From Actinomycetota bacterium (GTDB lineage: Bacteria > Actinomycetota > Actinomycetes > S36-B12 > UBA10799): a stretch of 64,000 nt of DNA. Made by a program: the position numbers and the translations under genes. The stretch lies in the NCBI GenBank assembly GCA_963169255.1, contig CAUJEJ010000086.1:26981-90980 (forward strand), written 5' to 3'. Positions 51,660-61,859 of the stretch are shown here, in pieces. Every line of letters starts with the position of its first letter. Positions within the stretch are counted from its first letter, which is position 1. The notes under the pieces were generated by a model. The model made no database searches. It saw only the letters and a program-made list of their open reading frames with translations, and was not told where the DNA came from.

Positions 51660-52807
51660 CGGGACTCCTGTCCTACGGGTTCTGTCGCAACGGCGACACT
51701 GAGCGTTCCAATTACTTCTGTCAGAGCTTCAAGAAATGCCGTGGTCTCGGCCGGGGTTCCGGCGGTGACGCGCAACCAGCCTGCCAGACCCACATCCCTG
51801 ACGAGCACTCCGCGATCGAGCAGTGCTTGCCAGATCACAGTCTGATCGCCCAAGCCGCCAAATAGGACGAAGTTTGCATCACTGTCCGCAACCCGCAGTC
51901 CAAGGTGACGGCAGCCTTCGACGATACGATCGCGTTGGACTTTTAGTTCGGTAACCGCCGACAACAGGTCCGGCGCGTGGGCTAGCGCGCCGCGTGCAGC
52001 CGCTTGCGTGATCGCGGAGAGGTGATAGGGCAAACGAACTCTCAAGATCGCTTCCACAACCGCGGGGTCCGCCGCGAAGTACCCCACCCGCGCACCAGCA
52101 AAGGCGAACGCTTTGCTCATGGTGCGCGACACAATCAAACGCGGCCGACCGGCGAGCAAACTGACCGCGCTTGGGGTGTTGCTGAACTCTGCGTACGCCT
52201 CATCAACGACCAGAACGCCTATCTCGTTCGTGGTCACCTCTTCGTAGATCCTCGCGATGGTCTCAAGGTCAACAGCGGTACCAGTCGGGTTGTTTGGTGA
52301 GCACACAAACACAACCGCCGGTTGAACCGCCGATATCGCCTCGCACGCTGTGACTGGGTCAATCGCGAAGTCCGTATCGCGAGGGATTGCGACGAAGTCA
52401 CTACCTGTTCCACGCGCGATGATCGAGTGCATCGAGTAGCTCGGCTCAAACCCCATCGCGATCCGACCTGGTCCGCCGAACGCTTGGAGGATCTGCTGGA
52501 GGATTTCGTTACTCCCATTGGCCGCCCAGACGCCATCGCAGTCGATACTCACCCCCGTCGCTGACGAAAGGTAGGCGGCAAGATCGGTACGCAAGGCGAC
52601 TGCGTCACGGTCGGGGTATCGCTGGAGCCCGCCGAGCTCACCAGCCAACATCTCGCTGATCGACTCGATGACAGCAGCACTCGGCGGGAAGGGGTTCTCG
52701 TTGGTGTTGAGCCGGACAGCGACGTCGAGTTGAGGGGCGCCATACGCACCTACGCCGCGGATTTCCGGACGGATCGGTAGTTCGTCCGCAGTCATACGCG
52801 CGATCAC
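51656..52807 (-). CDS. hisC: histidinol-phosphate aminotransferase
   Basis: 383 aa with motif [10 protein letters not shown] and PLP-lysine motif [18 protein letters not shown] 52807 overlaps the hisD stop (GTGA). ATG 52795 is an alternative start. Confidence 0.93.
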   Translation of the reverse strand: MIARMTADELPIRPEIRGVGAYGAPQLDVAVRLNTNENPFPPSAAVIESISEMLAGELGGLQRYPDRDAVALRTDLAAYLSSATGVSIDCDGVWAANGSNEILQQILQAFGGPGRIAMGFEPSYSMHSIIARGTGSDFVAIPRDTDFAIDPVTACEAISAVQPAVVFVCSPNNPTGTAVDLETIARIYEEVTTNEIGVLVVDEAYAEFSNTPSAVSLLAGRPRLIVSRTMSKAFAFAGARVGYFAADPAVVEAILRVRLPYHLSAITQAAARGALAHAPDLLSAVTELKVQRDRIVEGCRHLGLRVADSDANFVLFGGLGDQTVIWQALLDRGVLVRDVGLAGWLRVTAGTPAETTAFLEALTEVIGTLSVAVATEPVGQESR

Positions 52808-54135
52808 TCTTGCGCCTCAGTAGCCGTCATTCGAACGGCAACCGCTTGACCGTGCGCGGGCAGGTCCTCGGCGGCGGATAGCACGAGGACATCGTTGGCA
52901 ACCTCAAGAAGTGCGGCCTGACTGTAGTCAACCACTTGGATCGACCGCAGGAAGCTGTGGACCGAAAGACCTGATGAGAAGCAGGCACAACCACCCGTCG
53001 GGAGCACGTGGTTCGAGCCCGCACAGTAGTCGCCGAGTGAAACCGGTGACCAGGGGCCGACGAAGATCGCTCCTGCATTACGTACCTGGCTCGCGACGGC
53101 CTGGGCGCCTTTGGTTTGCACTTCGAGGTGTTCGGCGCCGTACGCGTTCACAACTTCGAGGCCTTGCTCGAGGTCTCGGACAAGAACAACCGCGCTTTGC
53201 GGTCCACTCAGCGCTTCGGTGATTCGTTCGGTGTGCTTTGTCGATGCCACGAGCCCGGGCAATGCCTCCATGACGCTGTCAGCAAGCGATTCGCTGTCGG
53301 TCACCAAGACGGAGGCGGCAATCACGTCGTGTTCTGCCTGGCTAATGAGATCCGCTGCAACGTGCCGCGGATTCGCTGAGTCGTCCGCCAAGATCATGAT
53401 TTCGGTTGGGCCAGCCTCGGAGTCAATTCCGATGACTCCTCGCAGCAGGCGCTTTGCCGCAGTCACGTAGATGTTCCCTGGTCCGGTCACCAACGAGACT
53501 GGCTGGCAATAGGACGGCGAGTCTGGAGCCACGGACGAGTCAGAGCCGAATGCAAACCACGCAATTGCCTGCGCTCCACCGGCTGCGTAGACCTCGTCAA
53601 TGCCCAGGAGCTTCGCGGCGGCGAGGATCGTCGGGTGGGGCCATCCACCAAATTCAACTTGCGGCGGCGAGGCGATCGCGATCGACCGAACTCCGGCGAG
53701 TTGCGCGGGCACGACGTTCATAACGACGCTACTCGGGTACACCGCTCGCCCGCCGGGCACGTACAGACCGACGCGATCAACAGGAACCCAACGCTGGCTG
53801 ACGTTGGCACCCGGCGCGACAGTCGTAGTGTGCGGTTCAGGCAACTGGTCGCCGTGTACCGCGCGCACACGGCGAATCGCTTCTTCGAGGCTCTCGATGA
53901 CGGCTGGGTCCAGGTGCGCTAGCGCGGCGTCTATAACTGACTCGGGCACGCGAAGTGATGGCGGACGAACCTTGTCGAACTGCTCGCCGATCTCAAGTAC
54001 CGCCTGCTCACCACCGGACCTGACGCGCTCGATGACACCGCCAACGGCCGCCTCTGCAGACGCCACGTCGATTTGCGCGCGAGGAATGAACCGCCTCACG
54101 TCGCCCGATTCCGACCGTAGGTCCAGAGTTTGCAT
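52804..54135 (-). CDS. hisD: histidinol dehydrogenase
   Basis: Motifs [17 protein letters not shown] and [15 protein letters not shown]. Start set at ATG 54135 (MQTLDLRSE, matching the usual N-terminus). ATG 54180 is an alternative. Confidence 0.93.
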   Translation of the reverse strand: MQTLDLRSESGDVRRFIPRAQIDVASAEAAVGGVIERVRSGGEQAVLEIGEQFDKVRPPSLRVPESVIDAALAHLDPAVIESLEEAIRRVRAVHGDQLPEPHTTTVAPGANVSQRWVPVDRVGLYVPGGRAVYPSSVVMNVVPAQLAGVRSIAIASPPQVEFGGWPHPTILAAAKLLGIDEVYAAGGAQAIAWFAFGSDSSVAPDSPSYCQPVSLVTGPGNIYVTAAKRLLRGVIGIDSEAGPTEIMILADDSANPRHVAADLISQAEHDVIAASVLVTDSESLADSVMEALPGLVASTKHTERITEALSGPQSAVVLVRDLEQGLEVVNAYGAEHLEVQTKGAQAVASQVRNAGAIFVGPWSPVSLGDYCAGSNHVLPTGGCACFSSGLSVHSFLRSIQVVDYSQAALLEVANDVLVLSAAEDLPAHGQAVAVRMTATEAQE

Positions 54136-54199
54136 CACCGGTACATCGTACGGCGGCCTGGTCACAGGTTGCGATGGCATTCGCGGCTAACGTGTGCGC

Positions 54200-54694
54200 A
54201 TGGCCAAGAAGAGTGTTGCGGTCCACACGAACGCCACCAAGGTCTTGTACCAAGCGAACGTGCCATACGCAATCCATCAATACGAACAATCCGAAGCAGC
54301 AACGCAGGAACAGCAGGGGCTGCACCCGGATGCGTTTGACCATCCCGAACGGGTCTTTCGCACGGTCGTTACCGTTGTCGACGACGAACCGCTCGCGGCG
54401 CTCGTACCCGTTGACTGCGTCCTCGACGGTCCATTAGTTGCGGCAGCAGTTGGTGGGGAATCCGCGACCATTGCAGACTCCGAACTTGCTGCTGAGACGA
54501 CTGGGTTCCCCGCGAATGCGGTTAGTCCGCTCGGAACGAAGTCTGACCTGCCGGTGCTCATAGATGTCTGCGCACTCGACTTCAAAACCATCTATGTCAG
54601 TGCCGGAGAGGAGGGTTTCACCATTGAACTGGCGCCCGCCGACCTCTTGACTCTGACCAACGCACGCACCGCTCCGATCGCTCGCCGCCTGTAG
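54200..54694 (+). CDS. ybaK: YbaK/EbsC-type aminoacyl-tRNA trans-editing domain protein (Cys-tRNA(Pro) deacylase-like)
   Basis: 164 aa, colinear with my recollection of E. coli YbaK (AVSPLGTK..LPVLID....FKTIYVSAGEEGFTIELAPADL...APIARR). Start at ATG 54200. Confidence 0.8.
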   Translation: MAKKSVAVHTNATKVLYQANVPYAIHQYEQSEAATQEQQGLHPDAFDHPERVFRTVVTVVDDEPLAALVPVDCVLDGPLVAAAVGGESATIADSELAAETTGFPANAVSPLGTKSDLPVLIDVCALDFKTIYVSAGEEGFTIELAPADLLTLTNARTAPIARRL

Positions 54695-54710
54695 GTCTAC
54701 CTCAGACGAG

Positions 54711-55289
54711 TCACAAACCCTTCAACGCCGTGGATTGGATCGCATTAGCTTGATCGATGATGGCGTGAAGCCGTCGCCTAGACCGCCGCGCTCGTAGCCA
54801 CACCACGAACGCAAGCACAAATACCGACACGAAGGACCAAATCCCAAGCACGCCAGGGGCGTCCATCTGCAGCGGCGCAGAAAACGTGACGCCCTCGGGG
54901 CGACCCTGCGCACTCAACTCCCCAATACCGTCAACGCCGTTTGCGACCAAAAGCCCGACTCTCCAGGCCAAGACGGATCCAACAAAACCGGCGGCAGCCA
55001 CCCCAACCAACAGCACCTCAGTTATCTGCGTCCGGCGCGCCAACACAAACACGGCCGTTGCCACTGCGCAGGCAAGGAGTAGACATGCCAGCGAGAGCAC
55101 GCCGCCAACGGCGTCTTCCCTCACACTGGCGTAGAACAACTCGCCTTCGCGGACTGTCAACTGCGTCCGCGGCGCGATCAGGCCCCAAACGACACCCACG
55201 ATTCCGCCGAGCACGGCACAACCCAAGAGAACCCAAGCGACGAAGCGGAGTCGCGTTTTCAACGAGTGAGGCGCGTCGTCGGACGTCAT
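54711..55289 (-). CDS. four-helix integral membrane protein of unknown function, coupled to dnaE
   Basis: Start reset to ATG 55289, an ATGA overlap with the dnaE stop (55286-55289). It has four long hydrophobic segments and a basic C-terminal tail RARRSRRRL. Confidence 0.65.
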   Translation of the reverse strand: MTSDDAPHSLKTRLRFVAWVLLGCAVLGGIVGVVWGLIAPRTQLTVREGELFYASVREDAVGGVLSLACLLLACAVATAVFVLARRTQITEVLLVGVAAAGFVGSVLAWRVGLLVANGVDGIGELSAQGRPEGVTFSAPLQMDAPGVLGIWSFVSVFVLAFVVWLRARRSRRRLHAIIDQANAIQSTALKGL

Positions 55290-58200
55290 GGCGCATTGAG
55301 GTCGACAGCTGCCGCCCCCGACAGGCATGACGGGCCCAGCAGTTCCTTGAGGTCAGCGAACAATGATGGGCTCACGGTCACGCGCTTGGAGTCATCGAGT
55401 CGCATCACGGTCGTCCGTGACCCGTGCTTGACTTCAAGTCTGACCTCGGTCGTTCCAGGATGCGTGAGGAGGATCTCGTTCAATCGCGCGACCACAGGCT
55501 CCACGATTCGAACCGCGGGAACACTGAGCACGACGGGACCATCGTGCGATGACGTCAAGTCCGGAATCGTGATGTCCATGGCGATGAACTTCATCTCGTT
55601 TTCATCGCTGCGGTCAACACGGCCTCGCACGAGCAGGACGGCGTCCTGCGAGCAGTAGGGGCCCATAAGTGAATACGCCTTGGGGAAGACCATAATTTCG
55701 ACCCCAGCATCGAGGTCTTCCAGACTCACGATCGCCCAGGTATCGCCACGTTTCGTAACCTTGCGCGCTACTCCGGTGACCAATCCACCAACGGTCACGA
55801 CCTTGCCGTCAGTCATGTCGTCACTATGAAGCAGAGCGATCGAACAATCAGTCGCGTTGCGCAGTGTGTGTTCGACTCCGTTGAGCGGATGATCGGAAAC
55901 GTAGAGTCCCAACATTTCGCGTTCGTTCGCGAGCAGCGTCGACTTCTCCCACTCCCCGACTGGGATCGTCATGTCGAGACCGAAGGCGGAACTTTGGCCC
56001 GATTCAGCCGCTTCGGCACCGCCGAATAGGTCGTATTGGCCGATTGATTCAGCGCGCTTCGTCTCGACGATTGCGTCGACGGCCTCCGCGTGTATCTGCG
56101 CGAGCCCACGGCGAGTGTGGCCGAGCGAATCGAACGCTCCGGCCTTGACCAGTGACTCGACCACACGCTTGTTGCACGCTGAACTGTCGATCTTGCGGAG
56201 GAAATCGCTGAAGTCGACGAAGCGGCCCTTTGCAAACCGCGACGCGATGATCGAGTCAACGACGTTGCCACCGACGTTGCGAATCGCGGACAGTCCGAAG
56301 CGGATATCAGTGCCTGTTGCGGTGAAGTTCGCGTCGGACTCGTTGACATCTGGCGGCAGGACCTTGATGCCCATCCGCCGACACTCATTGAGGTAGATCG
56401 CGCTCTTGTCTTTGTCGTCCTTGACACTCGTGAGCAGCGCAGCCATGTACTCGGCTGGATAGTTCGCCTTGAAATACGCGGTCCAATAGGAGACGAGTCC
56501 GTATCCAGCAGAGTGGGCCCGGTTAAACGCATAGTCAGCAAACGGGACGAGCGTCTTCCACAGTTGAGCGATCGCGTCCTCGGTGAACCCGTTCTTGGTC
56601 ATCCCGTCGCGGAAGGGGATGTACTCCTTGTCCAGGATCTCCTTCTTCTTCTTACCCATGGCGCGACGGAGAAGGTCGGCAGCACCCAGGCTGTATCCGG
56701 CGAGTTGTTGGGCGATCGTCATGACCTGTTCCTGGTAGACGATCAAGCCATAGGTATCACCAAGGACTTCAGAGAGGGCCTCTTCAAGTTCCGGGTGGAT
56801 CGGGATGACCTCTTGGCGCCCGTTCTTGCGATCTGCGTAGTCGTTGTGTGCGTTGACGCCCATCGGACCCGGGCGGTAGAGCGCGATGACAGCAGAGATG
56901 TCGTCAAATCCCGTTGGCGCCATCGAGCGCAGCAGTGCACGCATTGGCCCACCGTCGAGTTGGAAGACCCCGAGGGTGTCGCCGCGACTGAGCAGTTGGT
57001 ACGTCGGTTCGTCATCGAGCGGAAGGTCTTCCGGAATGATCTTCGTGCCAGTATTGGCCTCAATCGCGTTCACACAGTCATCAATAACCGTAAGGTTGCG
57101 CAGACCAAGGAAGTCCATCTTCAAAAGCCCGAGGGTCTCGCATACACCCATATCGAACTGAGTGATGATCGAACCGTCCTGTTGACGCTTCCAAATCGGA
57201 ATGACGTCGATCAGTGGTTCACGACTCAAAATCACACCAGCGGCGTGAACACCAGGTTGGCGCTTCAGGCCCTCAAGACCCTTGGCTGTGTCAACGACCT
57301 TTGCCACGTCCGGGTCGGACTGATACAGATCGCGAAACTCCCCCGCCTCGGAATACCTGGGGTGCTTGGGATCAAAGATCCCCGCCAGCGGCACGTCCTT
57401 GCCCATTACGGCTGGCGGCATCGCCTTGGTGATCTTGTCGCCCACGGCGTAGGGCATACCGAGCACACGCGCCGAGTCCTTGATTGCCGCCTTCGCCTTA
57501 ATGGACCCGTAGGTCACGATCTGCGCGACCCTTTCAGAGCCGTACTTCTGCGTCGCGTAGCGAATCATGTCGCCACGGCGACGTTCGTCAAAGTCCATGT
57601 CGATATCGGGCATCGACACTCGCTCGGGATTCAGAAAGCGCTCGAACAGCAGGCCATGCTTGATCGGGTCGAGTTCGGTGATGCCCATCGCCCACGCGAC
57701 GATCGAACCGGCCGCCGAACCGCGGCCGGGACCGACCCGGATGCCCTCTTGTTTGGCATAGCGCACGAGGTCTGCTGTGACGAGGAAGTAGCCGGGGAAG
57801 CCCATCTGGCACATCACGGAGACTTCGTACTCGGCCTGCTTACGATGAGTGTCCGGGACAGGTTGGCCCTTGAACCGGTCGACGAGCCCGCGCTCGACCT
57901 CCTTCACCAACCAGGAGTCCTCTGATTCACCATCCGGCACGGTGAATTGGGGCATGAGGTTCGCGCCCTCGTTAAACTCAACGTTGCAGCGCTCGGCGAT
58001 CTCGAGCGTGTTGTCGCACGCATCAGGTAACTCGGCCCACAGCGAGCGCATCTCGGCTGATGACTTCAGGTAGAACTGATCACCGGTGAATTTGAAGCGC
58101 TTTGGGTCATCCATCATCGAGCGCGTTCCGACACAGAGGAATGCGTCGTGCGCTGCGGCGTCGGCCTGGCGGACGTAGTGCAAATCGTTCGTCGCCAGCA

Positions 58201-58870
58201 GCGGCAGGCCAAGCGTCTTAGCGATCTTGAGCAGGTTCTCGCGGTATGAGCGCTCGATGGGAATCCCGTGGTCCATCAACTCGCAGTAGAGGTTCCCTTT
58301 GCCGAGGATGTCCTGGTAGTCGGCTGCAGTCTCTAGCGCTTTGTCGTACTTGCCCGCCTGCAACCAACGGTTGACCTCTCCGGAGGGGCAACCCGTCGTG
58401 GCGATGATGCCCGCGCCATACGTTTGCAGCAGTTCGCGGTCGAACCGCGGGTGGCGGTAGTAGCCCTCCAAGCTTGCCAACGAGGACAACCGGAACAGGT
58501 TGTGCATTCCCTGCGTCGTCTCAGCGAGGACCGTCATGTGGGTGTATGCGTGGCGCCCGCGAGCGCTCGATTCACCAGCCTCGTTGGTGCCTTCGTCAAA
58601 CCCGGCGCCAAAGTCGAATGGGGACTGCTCGAATCGACCTTGTGGGGCGTAGTAGCCCTCCATGCCAATGATGGGCTTTACGCCGGAGTTCTTGCCGCGC
58701 TTCCAAAAATCGTAGGCGCCATAGAGGTTGCCGTGATCGGTGATTGCCAGTGCTGGCATCTCCAACCGAACGGCCTCTTCAAAGAGGTCGTCGAGGCGGG
58801 CCGCACCATCGAGCATTGAGTACTCGGTGTGCACATGCAGGTGCACAAACTGGTCTCGACTCGTCACCAC
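55286..58870 (-). CDS. dnaE: DNA polymerase III alpha subunit (DnaE1)
   Basis: 1194 aa. N-terminal PHP domain FVHLHVHTEYSMLDGAA, followed by polymerase core, OB fold and C-terminal domain. Confidence 0.98.
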   Translation of the reverse strand: MVTSRDQFVHLHVHTEYSMLDGAARLDDLFEEAVRLEMPALAITDHGNLYGAYDFWKRGKNSGVKPIIGMEGYYAPQGRFEQSPFDFGAGFDEGTNEAGESSARGRHAYTHMTVLAETTQGMHNLFRLSSLASLEGYYRHPRFDRELLQTYGAGIIATTGCPSGEVNRWLQAGKYDKALETAADYQDILGKGNLYCELMDHGIPIERSYRENLLKIAKTLGLPLLATNDLHYVRQADAAAHDAFLCVGTRSMMDDPKRFKFTGDQFYLKSSAEMRSLWAELPDACDNTLEIAERCNVEFNEGANLMPQFTVPDGESEDSWLVKEVERGLVDRFKGQPVPDTHRKQAEYEVSVMCQMGFPGYFLVTADLVRYAKQEGIRVGPGRGSAAGSIVAWAMGITELDPIKHGLLFERFLNPERVSMPDIDMDFDERRRGDMIRYATQKYGSERVAQIVTYGSIKAKAAIKDSARVLGMPYAVGDKITKAMPPAVMGKDVPLAGIFDPKHPRYSEAGEFRDLYQSDPDVAKVVDTAKGLEGLKRQPGVHAAGVILSREPLIDVIPIWKRQQDGSIITQFDMGVCETLGLLKMDFLGLRNLTVIDDCVNAIEANTGTKIIPEDLPLDDEPTYQLLSRGDTLGVFQLDGGPMRALLRSMAPTGFDDISAVIALYRPGPMGVNAHNDYADRKNGRQEVIPIHPELEEALSEVLGDTYGLIVYQEQVMTIAQQLAGYSLGAADLLRRAMGKKKKEILDKEYIPFRDGMTKNGFTEDAIAQLWKTLVPFADYAFNRAHSAGYGLVSYWTAYFKANYPAEYMAALLTSVKDDKDKSAIYLNECRRMGIKVLPPDVNESDANFTATGTDIRFGLSAIRNVGGNVVDSIIASRFAKGRFVDFSDFLRKIDSSACNKRVVESLVKAGAFDSLGHTRRGLAQIHAEAVDAIVETKRAESIGQYDLFGGAEAAESGQSSAFGLDMTIPVGEWEKSTLLANEREMLGLYVSDHPLNGVEHTLRNATDCSIALLHSDDMTDGKVVTVGGLVTGVARKVTKRGDTWAIVSLEDLDAGVEIMVFPKAYSLMGPYCSQDAVLLVRGRVDRSDENEMKFIAMDITIPDLTSSHDGPVVLSVPAVRIVEPVVARLNEILLTHPGTTEVRLEVKHGSRTTVMRLDDSKRVTVSPSLFADLKELLGPSCLSGAAAVDLNAP

Positions 58871-58991
58871 GGCAGCCTAACTCTGATCGCTGACATCGGT
58901 GGGCAGCCTCGCCAATCTCACCTCCGCGGTTGGCGCCGAATCACTATGGGGGTCGGTTAACAGCCGTTCACCCACCCGTACCATGGGCAAT

Positions 58992-60137
58992 ATGCAGCGC
59001 ACAATCTTTGAACCAGAACATGAAGAGTTCCGCTCCGCCGTCGCCACGTTCTGCGAACGTAGCGCCGCTCCGAACCTGGAAAAGGCGATCGAACAGCGCG
59101 TGTTCGATCGCGATGTGTGGCGCCAAGCGGGCGAGCAAGGCTTCCTCGGACTCGAAGTTCCCGAGGAGTTCGGTGGCAGCCAGGCTGATGACTACCGCTT
59201 CAACACGGTATTCGCCGAGGAACTGGCAAAGGTCAGCATGGGCCTCAATTCATCGATGCAAATTCACTTCGACATTTGTGCGCCGTACCTGGTGGATCTC
59301 GGCACGACCGAGCTCAAGACTCGACTGCTGCCGGACTTCTGCGCGGGCGAGAAGGTTGCGGGTATCGGCATGACCGAGGCCGGCGGCGGCACCGATCTTG
59401 CTGCCCTCAAGACCACTGCAGTGCCCGACGGCGACGACTGGATTATCAACGGGTCGAAGACGTTCATCACGAACGGGTACACCGGCGAGATCATCATCGT
59501 CGCGGCTCGTACCAGCCCTGAAAAGGGTGCCCGCGGCATCTCGTTGTTCGTCGTAGAGGAAGGCATGGCGGGCTTCGAGCGTGGCCGCAAGCTGGAGAAG
59601 ACCGGACAACACGAGTCCGACACCGCGGAACTGTTCTTCAACAACGTTCGAGTCCCTGCCGAGAACTTGCTCGGTGAGGTCGATTCCGGCTTTATCTACA
59701 TGATGGAACGGCTTCCCCAAGAACGTATCGGCTGCGCAATCAGCAACTTGGCCCACGCGAAGCAGGCGTTCCTCGAAACGGTCGAGTACGCCAAGGAACG
59801 CGAAGCATTCGGCAAGCCCATCGGATCGTTCCAGCACCTGAAGTTCATCCTTGCCGAGCAAGCGACCAAGCTCGATGTCACTCAGTCCTTCATGGATGAG
59901 TGCGTGCAGGCAAAGATGAAGGGTGAATTCACCTCGACCGACGCCGCGAAGGCAAAGTGGTGGACCTCGCAGGTCCAGAACGATGTCATTGACGCGTGCC
60001 TGCAGATCTTCGGTGGATACGGCTACATGAACGAGTACCGGATCGCACGTGCCTGGCAAGATGCACGCGTCACCAAAATCTGGGCGGGCAGCAACGAAAT
60101 CATGAAGGAACTCATTGGGCGCGAGCTCGGGTTCTAG
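58992..60137 (+). CDS. acyl-CoA dehydrogenase
   Basis: Start reset to ATG 58992 (MQRTIFEPEHEEFR). Motifs GMTEAGGGTDLAA and LQIFGGYGYMNEY are present. Confidence 0.9.
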   Translation: MQRTIFEPEHEEFRSAVATFCERSAAPNLEKAIEQRVFDRDVWRQAGEQGFLGLEVPEEFGGSQADDYRFNTVFAEELAKVSMGLNSSMQIHFDICAPYLVDLGTTELKTRLLPDFCAGEKVAGIGMTEAGGGTDLAALKTTAVPDGDDWIINGSKTFITNGYTGEIIIVAARTSPEKGARGISLFVVEEGMAGFERGRKLEKTGQHESDTAELFFNNVRVPAENLLGEVDSGFIYMMERLPQERIGCAISNLAHAKQAFLETVEYAKEREAFGKPIGSFQHLKFILAEQATKLDVTQSFMDECVQAKMKGEFTSTDAAKAKWWTSQVQNDVIDACLQIFGGYGYMNEYRIARAWQDARVTKIWAGSNEIMKELIGRELGF

Positions 60138-61744
60138 CCCGCACTTGCCGCCCCCTCGGTTTGGGCCGAAGTCGACGGCACTTTGTTGGGCAAGCCACGC
60201 GTAGTTGCTAGCGATCCCAGCGCCAAGAACGCCGCAAAAAGAAGTCCCGTTTTGAGTGCCTGCAGTTGGGCAGCTTCATAGTCCTGGACGACGGCTTCCG
60301 ATGTGGCCTGATCGAGTCCCGCAGCCTGCGTGGCTGCCGCCACTTGATCCGCTGAGACAAAGTCGATTCCCGCCTCAATAGAAACGCCGACTTGGGCTGC
60401 GACCTCGGTACTGATCCGCGGATCCTCCTCGATATTTGACGCGAATCCGCTAGTCAATCCGCTGAGCACGATTGCACCCACCAGTGCAACGCCCAACGAC
60501 GAGCCAAGCTGTTGACCAGTGAACTGCAACCCACCCGCTTCGCCGCGGCCGGAGGCTCCCACGGACGATTGAACAACGTTGCCGAGCTGCGAAGCGATCA
60601 GGCCCATCCCAACCCCGAGGACGGCCATCGACGCCGCAAAGAAAGCGTCGGCGAGAGTCGGATCGATGTTCGCCAATAGGCCAAGCACTCCCACGAACGT
60701 GGCGCTGAGCCCTGTTCGAACGATGCCGCGGATCGAGAACCGACTCGACAGTCGCGCTCCAACCGCTGCCGCCAGGAACATCGCAACCGAGACCGGGAGC
60801 ATCTTGATTCCGGTCTCAAGGGCGTCAAGGCCCAGGACAAGTTGGAGATACAGCGGAATCGTGAAGAAGACTCCCATGAGGATGAGATTCTGGCTCAACA
60901 GTCCCATCAGCCCTGCCCGTAGCGGAAGGATCTTCAGGAGATCGAGATGCACGAGTGGGTCGCGGTCGTGTTGCTCGCGCAGCCGTTGCCAACGGACAAA
61001 CAGCCATACCACGCAGGCTCCGAGCCCAATCACGAACGGCGTCAATGAGAATCCGAAGGGCTCAATCGGGGAGTTCCTTGGCGAGATCCACCCCCACGAA
61101 CTCGCTTGCAGGACCCCGAGCACGATCAATCCAAGGCCCATGGCAGACAACACACTCCCGACGATGTCGAGACTGGGTCGCTTGTCTGAGCGGGCAGCAT
61201 CACGGACGAAAGGCGTCATCGCCAGAATCAGCGCCACGAGCACGACTTCGCCAACGAAGACCACGCGCCACGAGAGCTCAGTTGTGGCCCAACCCCCGAC
61301 AATCGGGCCGACGGCGATTCCCGCGCCCGCCACACCACCGATAACGGCATACGCCGTCAACCGCTGTTTACCCTCGAAGTTGCCGGCGATGAGCGCAGCA
61401 AGTGCAGGCAACACCAATGCGGCCCCGATCCCCTCAAGGATCGACCAGCCCAAAGTGAGCACAGCAACCGTCGGTGCGACGGCGGTGATCGCCGAACCAA
61501 CCGCGTAGATCACCAAACCGATCGTGAATGCCCTGCGGCGGCCAATGATGTCGCCGATCTTGCCGCCCGTAAGCATCAGCATCGCCATTACGAGGCAATA
61601 GAGCGTAATCACGGCCTGAATAGTGGTGACGCTCGTATCGAAGTCGCTTACCAACTGCGTGATCGAAACGTTCATGACGGATTGGTCGAGCACCATCACA
61701 AATTGAGCGATCGCCAACGCGATCAATGGCAGCCAGCGGCGCAT
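60134..61744 (-). CDS. MFS transporter, DHA2 (14-TM drug:H+ antiporter-like) family
   Basis: Start set at ATG 61744 (MRRWLPLIALA) with GGTGGGGA 5 nt upstream. Motif A-like GGKIGDIIGRRRA is present. Its stop codon overlaps the acd stop within CTAG (60134-60137). Confidence 0.85.
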   Translation of the reverse strand: MRRWLPLIALAIAQFVMVLDQSVMNVSITQLVSDFDTSVTTIQAVITLYCLVMAMLMLTGGKIGDIIGRRRAFTIGLVIYAVGSAITAVAPTVAVLTLGWSILEGIGAALVLPALAALIAGNFEGKQRLTAYAVIGGVAGAGIAVGPIVGGWATTELSWRVVFVGEVVLVALILAMTPFVRDAARSDKRPSLDIVGSVLSAMGLGLIVLGVLQASSWGWISPRNSPIEPFGFSLTPFVIGLGACVVWLFVRWQRLREQHDRDPLVHLDLLKILPLRAGLMGLLSQNLILMGVFFTIPLYLQLVLGLDALETGIKMLPVSVAMFLAAAVGARLSSRFSIRGIVRTGLSATFVGVLGLLANIDPTLADAFFAASMAVLGVGMGLIASQLGNVVQSSVGASGRGEAGGLQFTGQQLGSSLGVALVGAIVLSGLTSGFASNIEEDPRISTEVAAQVGVSIEAGIDFVSADQVAAATQAAGLDQATSEAVVQDYEAAQLQALKTGLLFAAFLALGSLATTRGLPNKVPSTSAQTEGAASAG

Positions 61745-61859
61745 CCCAGTCCCCACCTAAGTCCCGAGGCCGCGGTAGCCACAGGGTCGGCACAACTTAG
61801 CGGATCTTGCCGGTTAGCACCTAGTGCCTAAGGTCCCAAGGCCGACCGAAGTCTCGGAA

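Noticed and set aside
54136-54199. T-box or leader-peptide attenuator upstream of hisD; the same idea was considered for trpE.
   Set aside because: The divergent hisD-ybaK spacer is about 64 nt, and trpE overlaps hisI. There is physically no room for a T-box or a Trp/His-codon leader peptide.
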